The position numbers and the translations under genes were made by a program. A DNA stretch of 64,000 bases from the human T2T-CHM13v2.0 reference genome, Homo sapiens, in NCBI RefSeq assembly GCF_009914755.1, contig NC_060939.1. One strand, 5' to 3'. Positions 1 to 19,170 of this stretch are shown piece by piece (position 1 is the first letter of the stretch; each line of letters begins with the position of its first letter). The notes beneath the pieces are model-generated. The model worked only from the letters and a program-made list of their open reading frames with translations. It did no database searches and was not told where the DNA came from.

Positions 1-1265
1 AATATAAAGTTTATAGACCACAACATAAAATAGCATCTACAGTATTAGTTTTGTAAAAAATGCACATAAAGTATTTATAGATTGTTTTTTATAAAACATG
101 TTACATTATGAGCACTTGGTAATATTTTTTCCTTCCCTCACCCATGAAAGAATATTCTGTCATTAATTGCATGGCCTCTTCTCCTACAATTTCCAGGGGA
201 AGGAATAGATCCCCAAGTTCAGACTCTTCCAAGCAAAATTGAGAAAATAGGTAGAAAGAAAAGATGAATTGCAAGGAGTGAAAGAAGTTAAAATAATTTA
301 GTATTGGGAATGAGAACAGAGTCTCTTAGAGGAAGAAGAGAAGCTTGAAAAAAGGAAAGGAGGGGGAAAAAGAGAGAAACACCAAGGTGGCAGGATTTAG
401 GATGGTTTTTGGTGGTAGTTGAGAGTGAAGTGTTATGAGCACTTTGGGGAAGCTGCAGGGAATGGGAGGTGGCAAGAGAATGAGAACGGGCAAAAAAAAT
501 CTGTAAGTGTTTCTATAGATTATAAATTGTATCCCCTTGGATTTTCTTTGAGAATCTCCAGTGAAGAGCTCAATTGCTTTTGATCACTTTTGGAGACAGA
601 TTTTTTTTTTTTCTAAACTGTTCCCGGACTGGACCACAGGGATTCCTGTCTTTTTTAGGGGAGAAATAAATATATAGCAATATTTAAAATGGTTTGTTCA
701 GAGCAGTGGTTTTATGTGATATTTTAATTTTCTTCTATTTTTTTCCTATACTTTTCCCATTTTTTTCATTATGAATGTATTACTTTTAAAATAAAGGAGA
801 ACATGCTTTAACAGTTTTCATTCCCTTTAGTTGTTTAAGGAGCCTCTGCACAGCAGTCGGTAGGTAGGGGCCTGACTCATCCATGCGCAGCCAGCTGGGC
901 CAGGAAGGTAAGCCGCAAGGTTGCAGTCACACCCAGCTCATGACCATGGCAAGGCTCCTTTCCCTTTCACCTCCACTCTCACTCAGGCTGGCTCTGTTCT
1001 GTGCCTGCTTCAACTCCCCAGTGCTCTCAATAGCTGGCTACCTTGGGTAGGGTCCCTCGCCCTAGCTCTGGCCCTTTGGTCTTGAAACAGCAGCTGGATC
1101 TACTCCCAACCCCTAATGGGGTTTGGTTAATAACTGTATCCATCTGATTCATGCACATGAAATCTTTGTTTTGTTTTTAATTTTAATTTTATAAAATTTC
1201 ATCATGATACCTCAGCTGAGGCTACTCTTCCAGGCCTCAGGAGAGGTAGCTCTGGGCTGTCACCT

Positions 1266-1376
1266 CAGGTGACCGATTTTTGTGTTTACTCAGGACTGGG
1301 AGGGTTCTTGGGGAATGGTGCTTTTTGGTGCTAAAACTGTGAAAGTGCCCAGCAAATCGGGGTGAGTGGATCACTG
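1266..1376. mobile_element. MER81-like hAT-Blackjack MITE
   Basis: ~110 bp with degenerate TIRs (ggtgacc...gatcact) and internal ggtgctaaaactgtgaaagtgcccagcaaatcggg resembling the remembered MER81 consensus. Confidence 0.6.
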
Positions 1377-2559
1377 CTGTCGCTCCAGGAGTTTTAGTCA
1401 TCTGCTGAGTTCAGCCGCAAGAAGGACACTCTCCTCCCTCTGTTGCAAGGGTGCGCTTTCCACAACAGGTGAAAGACATGCCCGTTTCTTTCCTGGATCA
1501 TGGCAGAAATCAGCCTAAAGTGCAGGAACTGTCTTCCACAGCTCTTGCTCTAAAGGGAGTGACAAGAATGCAGGGCAGGGACAAGGGTCCTTGGAGTACA
1601 CTGGTACAGCTGACCCCATCCTGCCCATGCCGCCAGCAGAGACTCATAGCCCAAAGGAAGCATCCTGGAGGGGCTTCAGAGGGGCCTCTGTTCAGACACT
1701 GCCCCTGCTATAAGCTCACACAGCACTCCCACTGGGGCCTGCAAACAAGGCCTGTATCTACACAAACAGGGCCACTCTGTGCTCCCAGTTCTTGGAAATT
1801 TGCATATCCTGAACCTCCTTTGGGAGAAGAGAGGGTTTTTAGACAAGATTATTTTAAAAACACAAGGCTCTCACAGGACCCAAAAGCACAAGCTCACAGC
1901 TTCTAACTAGGTTAGCTAAACAAGGACGTTCCTTGGAGGGAACTGCGAGCATGGACTCTATTTTAGGCATTTTGGAGGAGCACTGGTGATGATGACTTAT
2001 ACTGGATAGAGTGGCTATTTAGGGACATTTATTTTTGCTGAAATATTTGCTGACTATTTTTATAAAGAAATTTAATTCTGAAAAGACAAAAGCAATTTCT
2101 GTAGGAGCCTTTAGCAGAGGGTGGGAAGAAGAGGGCAGTCATAATATTGTTGCGTTTATGTTGCAATGACACCTTCCATACAGTCTCTTTAGAGTGAAGA
2201 GATAAAGAGCCCAAGTGGAGATGGCAGCACACATTTGGCATAAAGAGAATATTGTCAGCTCTCTGCCTCTGCTGGTTTCCCATAGCTTTCATTTCCTCAA
2301 CTGGAAGGGGTGATGGTAAAGAAGTTCCAAGGGGGTCATGCCCCATTCTGTTTGGGAGGAAAAGAGGCTTTTGGGAGCTGTGAATGCATTCAGATCTTGC
2401 AATCTGGTTTTCAGGCAGCTTGCCCAAGATGGTTTCCAGCCACCCAGACCATTGTCCCTGTACCACCTCTGGGTGTGGACACTTTCATCCTGCTCCTCTG
2501 GAAAAGTCGGCCTCAGCAGCTTCTAGCATTAGGGAGGAAATGCGGTACAGCCAAGATCT

Positions 2560-2857
2560 TTATTCCAGTCGCCACATGAAAGTCGTCTGGGGATCTTTTA
2601 ACAACCATCCGTGCTTGGGCTCCACCCCATTCAATTAAACAGTTTCTGAGGGTGGGGCCCAGGTATGGATATTTTAAAAAATATCCTAAGTAATTCCAAT
2701 GGGCAACCTGTATCAGAATCACTGCTTTGATATTCAGAGCCCTTCAAACTTTAATGTGCATATGAATTATCTGGAGATTATGTTATCCTGATTCCACAGG
2801 TCTGGGGTAGGACATAAGATTTTATGTTTCTGACAAGCTCACACTTTGAGTAGCAAG
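2560..2857. mobile_element. Two adjacent MER5A/MER5A1-type hAT-Charlie fragments
   Basis: Typical motifs ggggcccagg...agaatcactg and caaactttaatgtgcatatgaattatctgga...cactttgagtagcaag. Confidence 0.6.
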
Positions 2858-2984
2858 ATGTAGAGTAGAGCATACTGACTAGTTGCTAGGAACCTGAGGG
2901 ATCCTTTCATTGTCAATAACTGTAACTGCAATCTTAGGTAGGCCTATGGCTGCAGTTACTGCATCTATGCAAAATATAAATTGG

Positions 2985-3305
<321 letters not shown>

Positions 3306-3359
3306 TCATTGCTAATGGCACTTCAAGCTTGGCCTTTCTGAGATTTGGGGGATTTTGGA

Positions 3360-4128
3360 CAGCTGTATGTTGGACCTGGCTTGTAACAGCTTGTGAGAAC
3401 TGATTGTTAAGTTTCCTGGAATTTTGCCTGCCTGTTGTAAAACACAGCCATTATTTACAGTTGATGCAAACTTACAACTAAATACATTTTATTAAAAACA
3501 CAGTAATAAGTACTCAAAATTCACTCCTTCCACATCATTGAGTACATTTTACGATTGTATATGTTCTTGAAGCTCTTTAGGTGTGTTTTGTTCATATGGT
3601 GGAAATACTGTATAATGGTTTGCAACTCTTTCCAACTCTGCATTTACTAATATTCCATTGGTAGCTTGTAATCATCCATGACAGACGAATCTACGCTAGG
3701 GAATCAGCCTATCCTTAAGAAAGTAAGCAATGGAGAAAAATGTTAATAATGCAGATTAAGCTTAAAATTAATGCTAAAGCTGAAACAGGATTTAGTTAAT
3801 GAGTATAATTTGCATGAGAGTGAGAAATAGTTTAACACCAGGTCATATATCGACTGTGATGACAGTAGATTTACTAGCAAAAGAGTTAGTGGATTGGGAT
3901 GTAACTCCATTTGTCAAATTATGGTTGAATTGCTTCATAGGTTGACCAGAGATACAAGAGTTTGTCAACATTCAATGAAACCATTCCGTGATAATCAATT
4001 GATTATAGAGAATTTATGAAAAAGACAATTGCATATGTTCTTATTATTTATAAATAATGTACTATAATCCTTTATATTAGTAAAGTTTAAACTTAAATAT
4101 ATGGGTGTCTATATGTAGACACACAAAC

Positions 4129-4160
<32 letters not shown>

Positions 4161-4260
4161 TTGATAGATAGATAGACAGATACACATACACATATATGTA
4201 TACACATATACATCCATTTTTCCCACCAGAGAACCAGTTGCATTTACCAGCATACCACTA
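3360..4260. mobile_element. MER63-type hAT-Blackjack DNA transposon
   Basis: Ends cagctgtatgttgga... and ...atttaccagcataccacta resemble MER63 TIRs; internal gattgttaagtttcctggaattttg...aaacacagccattatt. Confidence 0.65.
4129..4181. repeat. (GATA)n microsatellite
   Basis: Interrupted tetranucleotide run seen directly. Confidence 0.95.
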
Positions 4261-5859
4261 GATGTGAACATTCCAATTTTCTAAAGTATCTTTTCAAATT
4301 GCTTCCCAGGTAACGATATGTTTGAACAGACAATTCAAGATACATTTTCAGAGGCAAAAATCCCTGCACATGGTAGTCTGTTCCCAAATTCACACTGTGG
4401 TGACTAGGGTTGATGCCAGAGCCTTTACATTGAGCCAGGTGATAGGTGACAGCACCAGGCTCCAGAGACTTGGGGGCCCAAATACAAAATGTCTTTCCAG
4501 AGGAAACTGCTCCTGAGTCTGGGATTGAGAAACATTGCCCAATCATTTGTAGAAATCAAAGGCAGAAAGACAGAGTTGATTTTAAATACCCTTCTGGAAA
4601 GAAATTCTACATATCTTCCCTTCCAGTGTTCTTGAAAATGGGCTGCACATCAGGCCTGAAGGTCTCTGATGTTATATCCTTCATCTGTCATCTAAGCTGT
4701 GGCGTCTGCAGTATTTGCACATCCATTCAACACACTCTCACTGAGTAGCTTCATAATGCCAAGGCTTTGGGGAGTTCTATTCATGAGTAACTTGCTACTC
4801 ATGAGTAACCAGCAAGTAGCTGGTTAGGGAGATGCACAGATGAAAAGGAATTTTGGGTTCTGGCCACTCTGACCTGTTCTGTCTAAACCTAAAAAAAACA
4901 TAATTTCCTTGTTGGCAAATTCTTACTCTCTGCTCACAATATTTATTATTGTTTGACATATGCTTCTATGAGAACTATCTTAAATCAATGTCATCACTTT
5001 ACATAGGCTGATGCCCAAGGTATTGAGTGGTTTCAGGAAGTTCTCACTGCTTAGAAAACCATGTTCCATGATGCTACTCATGTTGGTTGCTTCAAAATGT
5101 AATGTTCATTGGGTAACTTACTCCCATTACTGGCTGAGTGAAACAGCATAGGTAATCCAACCAATCTTGCTAAATGTTTCCATCTTATAACATAGACTCA
5201 AAGAGATAAAAGGAGGCTAGTAGTTATTGTCAGAAAATATTTCTTGTACTCCTGGGGACCTCATCCAAATAAATAGACTAAGTACACATCATGGGGAGAG
5301 AGTCGTCTATGAATTGACTCAGATGATTGAGCTCAGAAGCCTTACTGTCAAGTGTTTGTAGATTGAGCCTTGGAGACTTGTGGTCAGGGAGACATAGGCT
5401 TTTCTGTGGAAATCTACAGTCTGTAGTCACCAATCACCTTGAGAAAGACTGAGGTTTTATGCCAGCCTGGAGCTGATAATTCTTTAAAACAATGTAAGAT
5501 TTTTCACTGGAAATATAGACCTCAAATTGATCCTCAACAGTAAGAAGATTACTGAACAGTATCATGATGATTAGAAAGGAAAACACTATTAGATCAAAAC
5601 TGTAATCTTTTACTTTAGGATAGTGACAGATGGTGTGTGTTATCAGATTTTTACTCCTGATATGAATCTTATATCTGTTTTGAGAACATCTGGCTTCATG
5701 CATAAAGTTGTCACATCACATATTAATCTTGCAGAACACCCTTAAAGGATCATGAACATCACCAGTAAATTCTAGGGGTGTCTTCCAGTCCAAGATGGCA
5801 ATGTTAGAACATCTACGTAACCAATTTTCTCAGTAAAGTCAGAAATGGAGAATAGATTT

Positions 5860-8175
<2,316 letters not shown>

Positions 8176-8177
8176 AG

Positions 8178-11733
<3,556 letters not shown>

Positions 11734-12052
11734 GAAAAATATTATAATTATCAAGCATGAAAGGTCTGTCTTGGAAAGAAAATAACAAAATAGATAAGCC
11801 CTGACCAAGTCTTATTAAGAGAAAAGAGACCCCAAATAGCCAACATTAGGAATAGCAAAATGAGGACATAATCACAGACAAGAAGACTTTCCAATTTGCC
11901 TCTCAAATTAGCAAATATTTTAAAACATAGTATTACCGTAGTGCTCATGAGAGTGTATCATGGTACATTTCAGAGAGCAATTTGACCATTCTTAACCAAA
12001 GCCTAAACATTTTGTTACCTGTTTTGGAAATCTAGCCAAAGGAAATAATTAT

Positions 12053-12053
<1 letters not shown>

Positions 12054-12104
<51 letters not shown>

Positions 12105-12124
12105 CAGATAGATAGATATAGATA
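12054..12124. repeat. (GATA)n microsatellite
   Basis: Long near-perfect tetranucleotide run. Confidence 0.97.
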
Positions 12125-12750
12125 GGGGAGCAGGGGAGGAGAGAAAAAGAGAGAGAGAGATAGTGGGTGAGAGGGAGGGAATTTGCATGAATTATAGATG
12201 AGTAATAGTGATTATCATCTCTCTGGATAGGGAAATTATGAACATTATTATTTACTTTACATTTTATAATAAACTATTAATCACAAATACAAGCAGAAAA
12301 ATAAGTAGAAGATAAGAATAGGCAATTTACAGAAAGAGAGCCAGTAAACATTTTAAAAATTGAATCTGACTAGTAATAAATAAAACAATGACCTGATACT
12401 TTTATTTTTATCTATCAAATTGCCAACTTTCTTTAATGATTAGATCAAGTGTGGCTGAGGATGCATTTCCAAATATGATAAAAAATTAATGAAAATTGGT
12501 ACAATCTTTCTGGAGAGTAATTTTTCAATCTATATCAAAAGTATTAAGACTTTGTGTCTAAAACTTCAAATGTTTTGCTCTAAGGAAATAACTCAGAATT
12601 TTGAAAAAGATTAACTGAGATTTATTCATTGCCATGTTATTTAAAATAGAAACTATGTGAAACCCTAACATTAAACAGATAATTTGTTAAAGAAATTATG
12701 ATTCATGCATACACTAAAATATAATGTAGCCATTAACAATAAAGTAGAAG

Positions 12751-13060
<310 letters not shown>

Positions 13061-13475
13061 AACAATAAAGTAGAAGAATAGCACGTAATGACTGGAAAGA
13101 TAGTAGAGTAAAAAATTATAATCTAAATTGATAGCTTTATAGCTTATTTTTAAGGAAGAAAAGGGAGATACAAATGAATAAAATGAATATAATGTGCTGC
13201 ATTATTTAATTCTATTTGAGTAAATTAATGTTTATTGTATGTTATATATGTATATATATATAGTCTCTTTTTCTTGCTCATCAGTGTTTTCCAAATTTTT
13301 CATAAAAAGCACTGTGATGGTCACATTATCCATTTCCCATTTGTTGTCTTTCTGACAGAACTCTGTTTTATCTGAGATGGCATTAGACCAGACCAAGGAT
13401 AGGAATCATTTCTTGGTCTCAGTCAATCATAACAAGCTTGCTCTCCATTTTCCCAACATCTCTTGCATATGACCC

Positions 13476-13604
13476 CTCCCTTCCTTCCTTCCTCCCTTCC
13501 TTCCTTCCTTCCTTTCTTTCTTTCCTTCTTTCTTTCTTTCCTTCTTTCTTTCTTTTTCTTTCTTTCTTTCTTTCTTTCTTTTCTTTTCTTTTTCTTTTTT
13601 TTTT
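13476..13604. repeat. (CCTT)n/(CTTT)n polypyrimidine microsatellite inside an old LTR fragment
   Basis: Direct inspection. Confidence 0.9.
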
Positions 13605-15581
13605 ACCTTAAACTATTAAGGGTTAATGACCCATTTCTAATCAAAAGATTCAAGAAGAAGTCAACTGGGAGATGTACTGCTGGGAAAGTTTTGCTCTTCT
13701 GATAAAAGGGACTGCTGTGACTGTGTCCGCCCCTTCCATTCTTCCTATCTGGAAAGTGGATGCTACACTTGGAGCTATCAGCAGCCTTCTAGCAATCTCA
13801 AGGGGAAAGGCCATGAGCAGCACTGCTGGCCTTAAAGTTCTAAGCCTCTGAACCATCATCTCCAACTGCCTACCTTCAGACTTTTAGTTATGCAGAGAAA
13901 ACAAGCCCTCTAGAGATCTGTTACATAACATTGTGTCTGTAGTTAACAATACTGTATTGTACACTTAATTTGTTAAGAGGGTAGATCTCAGGGTCAGTGT
14001 TTTTACTACAATTAAAAAAAGAAAAGAAAAGAAACACCTCTTTGTTTAAGATGTGGCTTTATGTTATTTGCATCAATTGTGAGCCAGTTTAAATGTGCAA
14101 TACAAATATTTGGAACTAATTTTTAAAATTAAAAAGTGGAATAGAAGGATGGTAAAAAGAAGTCCATATTTTATGTGTGTTTTCTAGAACATACCTGTAA
14201 TACATTGTGATAAAAATCTAGTAAAAGTTATGTTAAAATTTACAATATTCTGGCACACATCTAATCACACAATGCTGGTCTCAAGAGACCAGGCAGGCCT
14301 TGTATTGAATTTGCCATGTGATTCTAGGGACGCACCGCCTCCTCCTCCTGGAACTTAACCTCCCAATCTCTGTGAATTCAGTGAATCAGATGACTCTTGC
14401 TGACAGCTCTAAGGAGCTCAGTGCTCACCTCTGAATCTGACTTTCTCTTCCCTATGGATAATGACTGACTGGTAATATACTCTGGAGAGGGAAACTGCTC
14501 AAGAGGTCAATAAAGACTTTACTTTCACTGACTTAAAACAGAGTGCACAGGGAACCATGGCACCTGGGATCACATCATCATTTTCTTGTAGGTGGTAAAA
14601 TAACATTTGATGTGATTCTCTTCTGATCCAACTGCCTGTGTAAGAGTGGGTCAACCCTCCCCCAAATCTCTCAACCACAGCCCAAATTCCATCACACATT
14701 CTTTCTAGCACCCTCTTAAGTGAGACACCCCACGATTACCCATGGTATGTGTCCTCCCTCACTGCAACAAGTGATACAGCCAATTTGTTCAACTATACTT
14801 GAGTCCCTGGTGGTCTTAAGCTGGAGGGCATTGATAGTAGTAGATATTCAAAGCTTTTATTACTATTATTAGCAATTTTTTTTAAAAAAAAGTACTATTG
14901 CTGTTGTTGTTTTTAATCAAGTAGGCCTAGCATGTAAGGTGCATCTCTGAGGAAGTAGCTGAGATATCCATAAGAAAGCAGACTTGGAATAGGTTGCAAA
15001 AGTCCTTTTGCTTCATGGAACAGTGTGAGTTGATTCACTTACACACATACATACACACACATCTCCAAAGAGATGCTGACAAGTCTTTAGAATGCTCCTT
15101 TGCAAAGGCAGAGAACGTGCCTGTCTTATTCTAAATCTACAGCACTCCAAAAGAAGGCAGATCAGGTCACATAGCACAGACTCAATAGTAGATTTTGGCT
15201 GAAAACCAAAATGAATTCAAGCCTCCTAGGAGACCTTAACAGTTTAATTTAAATACTGATAGATCAGGCAGATAAGCGTAGTTAACACATACAGGGTGCT
15301 TACTCCCTATCAGACACTGTGCTAAACATTTTACATATTTTACCTTAGCTGCCTCTCATCCCAGTTGTAGAAAGTAGATACTAATATTAACCCAATTTTA
15401 TGGACACAAAGGCATTTGGTGTCTCATCGGAGACACAAAGGCATTTGGTGTCTCATCAGAGACTATGCAGCTGGTGAGTGCTGGAATTGGGATTTAAATA
15501 CAGGCAGTCTGACCCCTGAGTCTGTGCTCTTAATCAATACACTATACTGCCTGTAGTCCAAAGTAAAGATGTAAAGGTTGC

Positions 15582-15940
15582 TGATATGGTTTAGCTGTGG
15601 TCCCACCCAAATCTCATGAATTGTAGCTCCCATAACCCCCACATGTCAAGGGCAGAGCCAGGTGGAGATAATTGAATCACAAAGGCGGTTTCCCCCATAC
15701 TGTTCTCATGGTAGTGAATAAGTCTCATGAGATCTGACAGTTTTGTAAACGGGAGTTCCCCTGCACAAGCTCTCTTGCCTGCCACCATGTAAGATGTGAC
15801 TTTCCTTCTCCTTTGACTTCCATCATTATTGTGAGGCCTCCCCAGCCATGTGGAACTGTGAATCCATTAAACTTCTTTCCTCTATGAATTACCCAGTCTC
15901 ACGTATGTCTTTATTAGCAGTGTGAGAGAGGACTAATACA
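15582..15940 (+). mobile_element. THE1 (THE1C-like) MaLR solo LTR
   Basis: Begins tgatatggttt, ends gactaataca; ATTAAA signal; ~360 bp. Confidence 0.9.
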
Positions 15941-16099
15941 GGTACTAATGTACAATTAACTTTACAGGTGTACTTGTATTGTTTGTGCCCCAAAACACAG
16001 AATGTACATTTTTTTTCTACATTAAGTGTGAGGGAAAATGCTTGTGGAGTATTTTTTATTTGTCATATAAATAGACCACAACACGGAAATGATGTAAAT

Positions 16100-17400
16100 C
16101 ATATAATTCAACTACAGCAAAATAATATTAATGAAAAATAGTGGGGGAGAACACAACATCAGGAATAAAAAGGGGATATAGGAATAGATTTAAAGGAGAT
16201 GAAAAATTATAAAGGAGCATAATATGTAACATTATGCCAATACATTAAAAAAGGTAGATGAAATGAACTTTTTTCCAGGTAAATATAAATTACCCAAAAT
16301 TGACTCAAGATGGGTCAGATGATGAATATGCCAACAAGCATCAATGAATTTGAAAAGATAATCAAAGATCTATCCTTCTAAAATCCATCAAGTCCAGACA
16401 GTTTCATGGGTATGTTCTATTAAACCCTCAATGAACTGATAGTTAACTTGATAATTTAAATATTCCAGAGTGTAGGAAAAAACAGAATGCGTCCAAAATC
16501 ATTCTATAAGGTTACCATAACCTTGCACCAAAGTTGAATGAGAACCCTCATCCCCTAAAAAGGAAAAAGAACACAATTTTTACTTATTAATATAGACAGA
16601 ATAAACCTTATATTAACATAAGTAAATTATTGCAATCTAGCAGTGTATTTGTATAAAATAACATACATTAACCAAGTAGAGTTTGTTTTGAGAAATATAA
16701 AGTGTTATAAAGGTGGCATTCACATCAGTGAGCGAAGAATGGACTTTTTGAATTGGTGTTGGGACAATTGGGTTCTCATCTTTGTCAGTTCCTTACCTTA
16801 CCCTGTGCACAAATACAGTTTCCAGATGAAATGGTAATCTAAACAACAGAGCTATACATTACTAGAACATTTAGGGAACTGTATGGTGATTCTGGGGTAC
16901 GAAGCCTCCCTAGGCAAGATGGGAAATCTAGAAACCATGCAAGATAAGACATGTGTTTGACTACATAAACCTTGAAACTGCTTTAGAGAGAAAAACTCCA
17001 CAAACAGTAGGCAGTCATTATAAATATTGGGTACTAGGAGGGTACATTTCTCTAAGTGATACTATAGACACACTAAGTGATAAAGGCAACTTATGGAATA
17101 ATATTTTTGCCCTTAAAAGATAAAATTGATAATCCTCCAGCAAGCTTGATTTAAAAAATTGGGAATGGAGCAGTAGAAAACACAAATAAATAATATCAGC
17201 AATAAGGAGGCCCAGAACAGTTTTAGAGATGAAAATAAATATAAGGTGACACTATTTGTAACTTTGTGCCAGAAAATTTGAAAATGTAAATGAGATGGAC
17301 AATATCCTAGGAAAATATAAATTACTAAAAATGACTGAAGAAGTAGGGATTTAAAAAACATAGGGCAAATAGAACCCCTGTGTGCATATACATGTATCTA
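16100..17400 (+). mobile_element. Old L1M ORF2 fragments
   Basis: Decayed ORF2-like stretches (atgccaatacatt..., aattacccaaaattgactcaaga, agtccagacagtttcatgggt). Confidence 0.55.
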
Positions 17401-17504
17401 GACGAAAATGCTGGTTACCTCTGGGGAACTGATTAGTGGGGGAAGGACACTGCAGGGTAGGGGAGGAGGGGGCACTCACTTTCTATTTTTTTTGGAAAGC
17501 ATTT

Positions 17505-17650
17505 TAGTTTTTTTTTTTTTTGTAGAGACTTTTTTTTTTTTTTTTTTGGTAAGTCTCACTATGTTGCCTAGGCTGGTTTTGAACTCCTGGCCTCAAGCGG
17601 TCCTCCTACCTTGGCCTCCCAAAGCGCTAGGATTACAAGCATGAGCCACT
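17505..17650 (-). mobile_element. Alu monomer (FLAM/left arm)
   Basis: poly(T) followed by ctcactatgttgcctaggctgg...ggattacaagcatgagccac. Confidence 0.85.
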
Positions 17651-18229
17651 TACTTCCTAAATACAATGCCTTATGCTTTCAATCATATGCAGCAACTATT
17701 AACTACTTTGTAAAAAGGAAACGAAGATTGTCCGCGAACGACTCCACAGGAGGCCCTGGGAATAGGTAGCGGGTGGGCTAAAACATTGATTTGGAATGAA
17801 ATCCAACGGCCGTGGAACCAGCCCTGATCATCAAATTATTCCCAGTTTTGAGGATCGCACTGCACCCTCCTCTCTCCCTCTCTTTCCTACACCTTGGACA
17901 GACAGCCTGAGATTCCAGGGCGTGTGTGAAGGAAAGCCGAGGAGGGCAGGGCCGCAGAGAGAACAAAGGGGACACGAGTTCAAATTCCTGCCAGGGTCTG
18001 AGACCTGCAACGTCAGACTTTGGGAGCGTCCCCTCACTTCTCCGGACCCCAGGAGTGGCCGCGCCTGCTCCGCGCTCACCCTCGGGGAGTCTAGGAGCCC
18101 CCTGCTAAGTTGCTGAGCGAGTCGGAGCCCCAAGAGCTAGGGTCGAGGGGGTGGGGCAGCAGGCGCCTCTGCCGAGGCTGCAGGTAGGCACTTCCCCACC
18201 CCCGCGGCCCCCTCCTTCCTCCTTCCTCG

Positions 18230-18750
18230 CAGCTCGCACACCCACACAACCCTCGCCCGTCGCGGCTGGAGAGCTGCTCTCGGCGCCAGCGGGCAGCAGC
18301 GCGTCGTCAGCCAGCACAGCCGGCCGAAGACCAAGCCGGAGGTCTGGGGCTGCGCAGAGACCTGCACACCCGCAGCGCGGAACCGGGGGCGATTCCTATC
18401 TTTCTTTCATGCTTCTTTCTTTTTCTTAAAACCAAACCAAACCAAACCAAACCCAAAACTCCCCTGCTCCCACCGCAACTTGGAGGAGCGGTGGACCGAT
18501 TTGAAGGAACTGACGCAGAGGTTTTATTCACGAACCTTGAAGAAGTTCTGGGCAAGTGACTCAACAGGACCCGCGGGGCCCGGGGTAGCCCCAGCTCCCG
18601 GCGCTGGTTCAGTCTGGCAGTGCCCTCTGGCAGCCAACCCGCAGCTGCAGGTAGGGGTGCTGGACGCCCCCTGATTTTGTTTTGGGAATAATAATGACAC
18701 TACCTATAGCCTGGACCCAGGTGGCCTCGCTCGGCGATTGTCCCCACCAG
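18230..18750 (+). other. ANKRD34C: ANKRD34C non-coding exon 1 (5' end approximate)
   Basis: Strong donor CAG|GTAAGC at 18750/18751 within the CpG island; matching acceptor cttcctttgctag|G at 28754/28755, 44 nt before the ATG. Confidence 0.75.
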
Positions 18751-19170
18751 GTAAGCGCACCCCCAGGGGTCTGCATTGGTCACCCGGGTGGGGACCTCGA
18801 GCTCCCGAGAAGTCGGTCCATGCTGTTTAGCCACAGGCAGGAGTGGGGAACTGGTAGGAGACAGCTTGCTTTTATCACAGGAAATTGTGGGAGACGGGAA
18901 TGGAAGGCGGATTTAACATTTTTTATTTTTGCATTGACGCGTGGGGATGAGATGCGTAGGGGCCTGGATTCTTGTAGGAAATGGTTGCGGAGCGGGGCTG
19001 GGTGATAGGTGTCTGGATTTTTGCAGGGACTGAAGGGGAAGAAAGGTCGTCAGTTTTTGCAGAAACCTGTGAGGAACTGGCGGTGAGAGGTTATGATCCT
19101 GAAAATGTGCACGAAATTGTAAAAAGTAGGCACCTAAGCATTTCTGAGAAATGATGGGAGAAGCACTTAC

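Noticed and set aside
1451-2638. ORFs of 80-151 aa on both strands
   Set aside because: No recognisable domain, mostly non-ATG starts, no supporting splice structure; partly overlap repeats.
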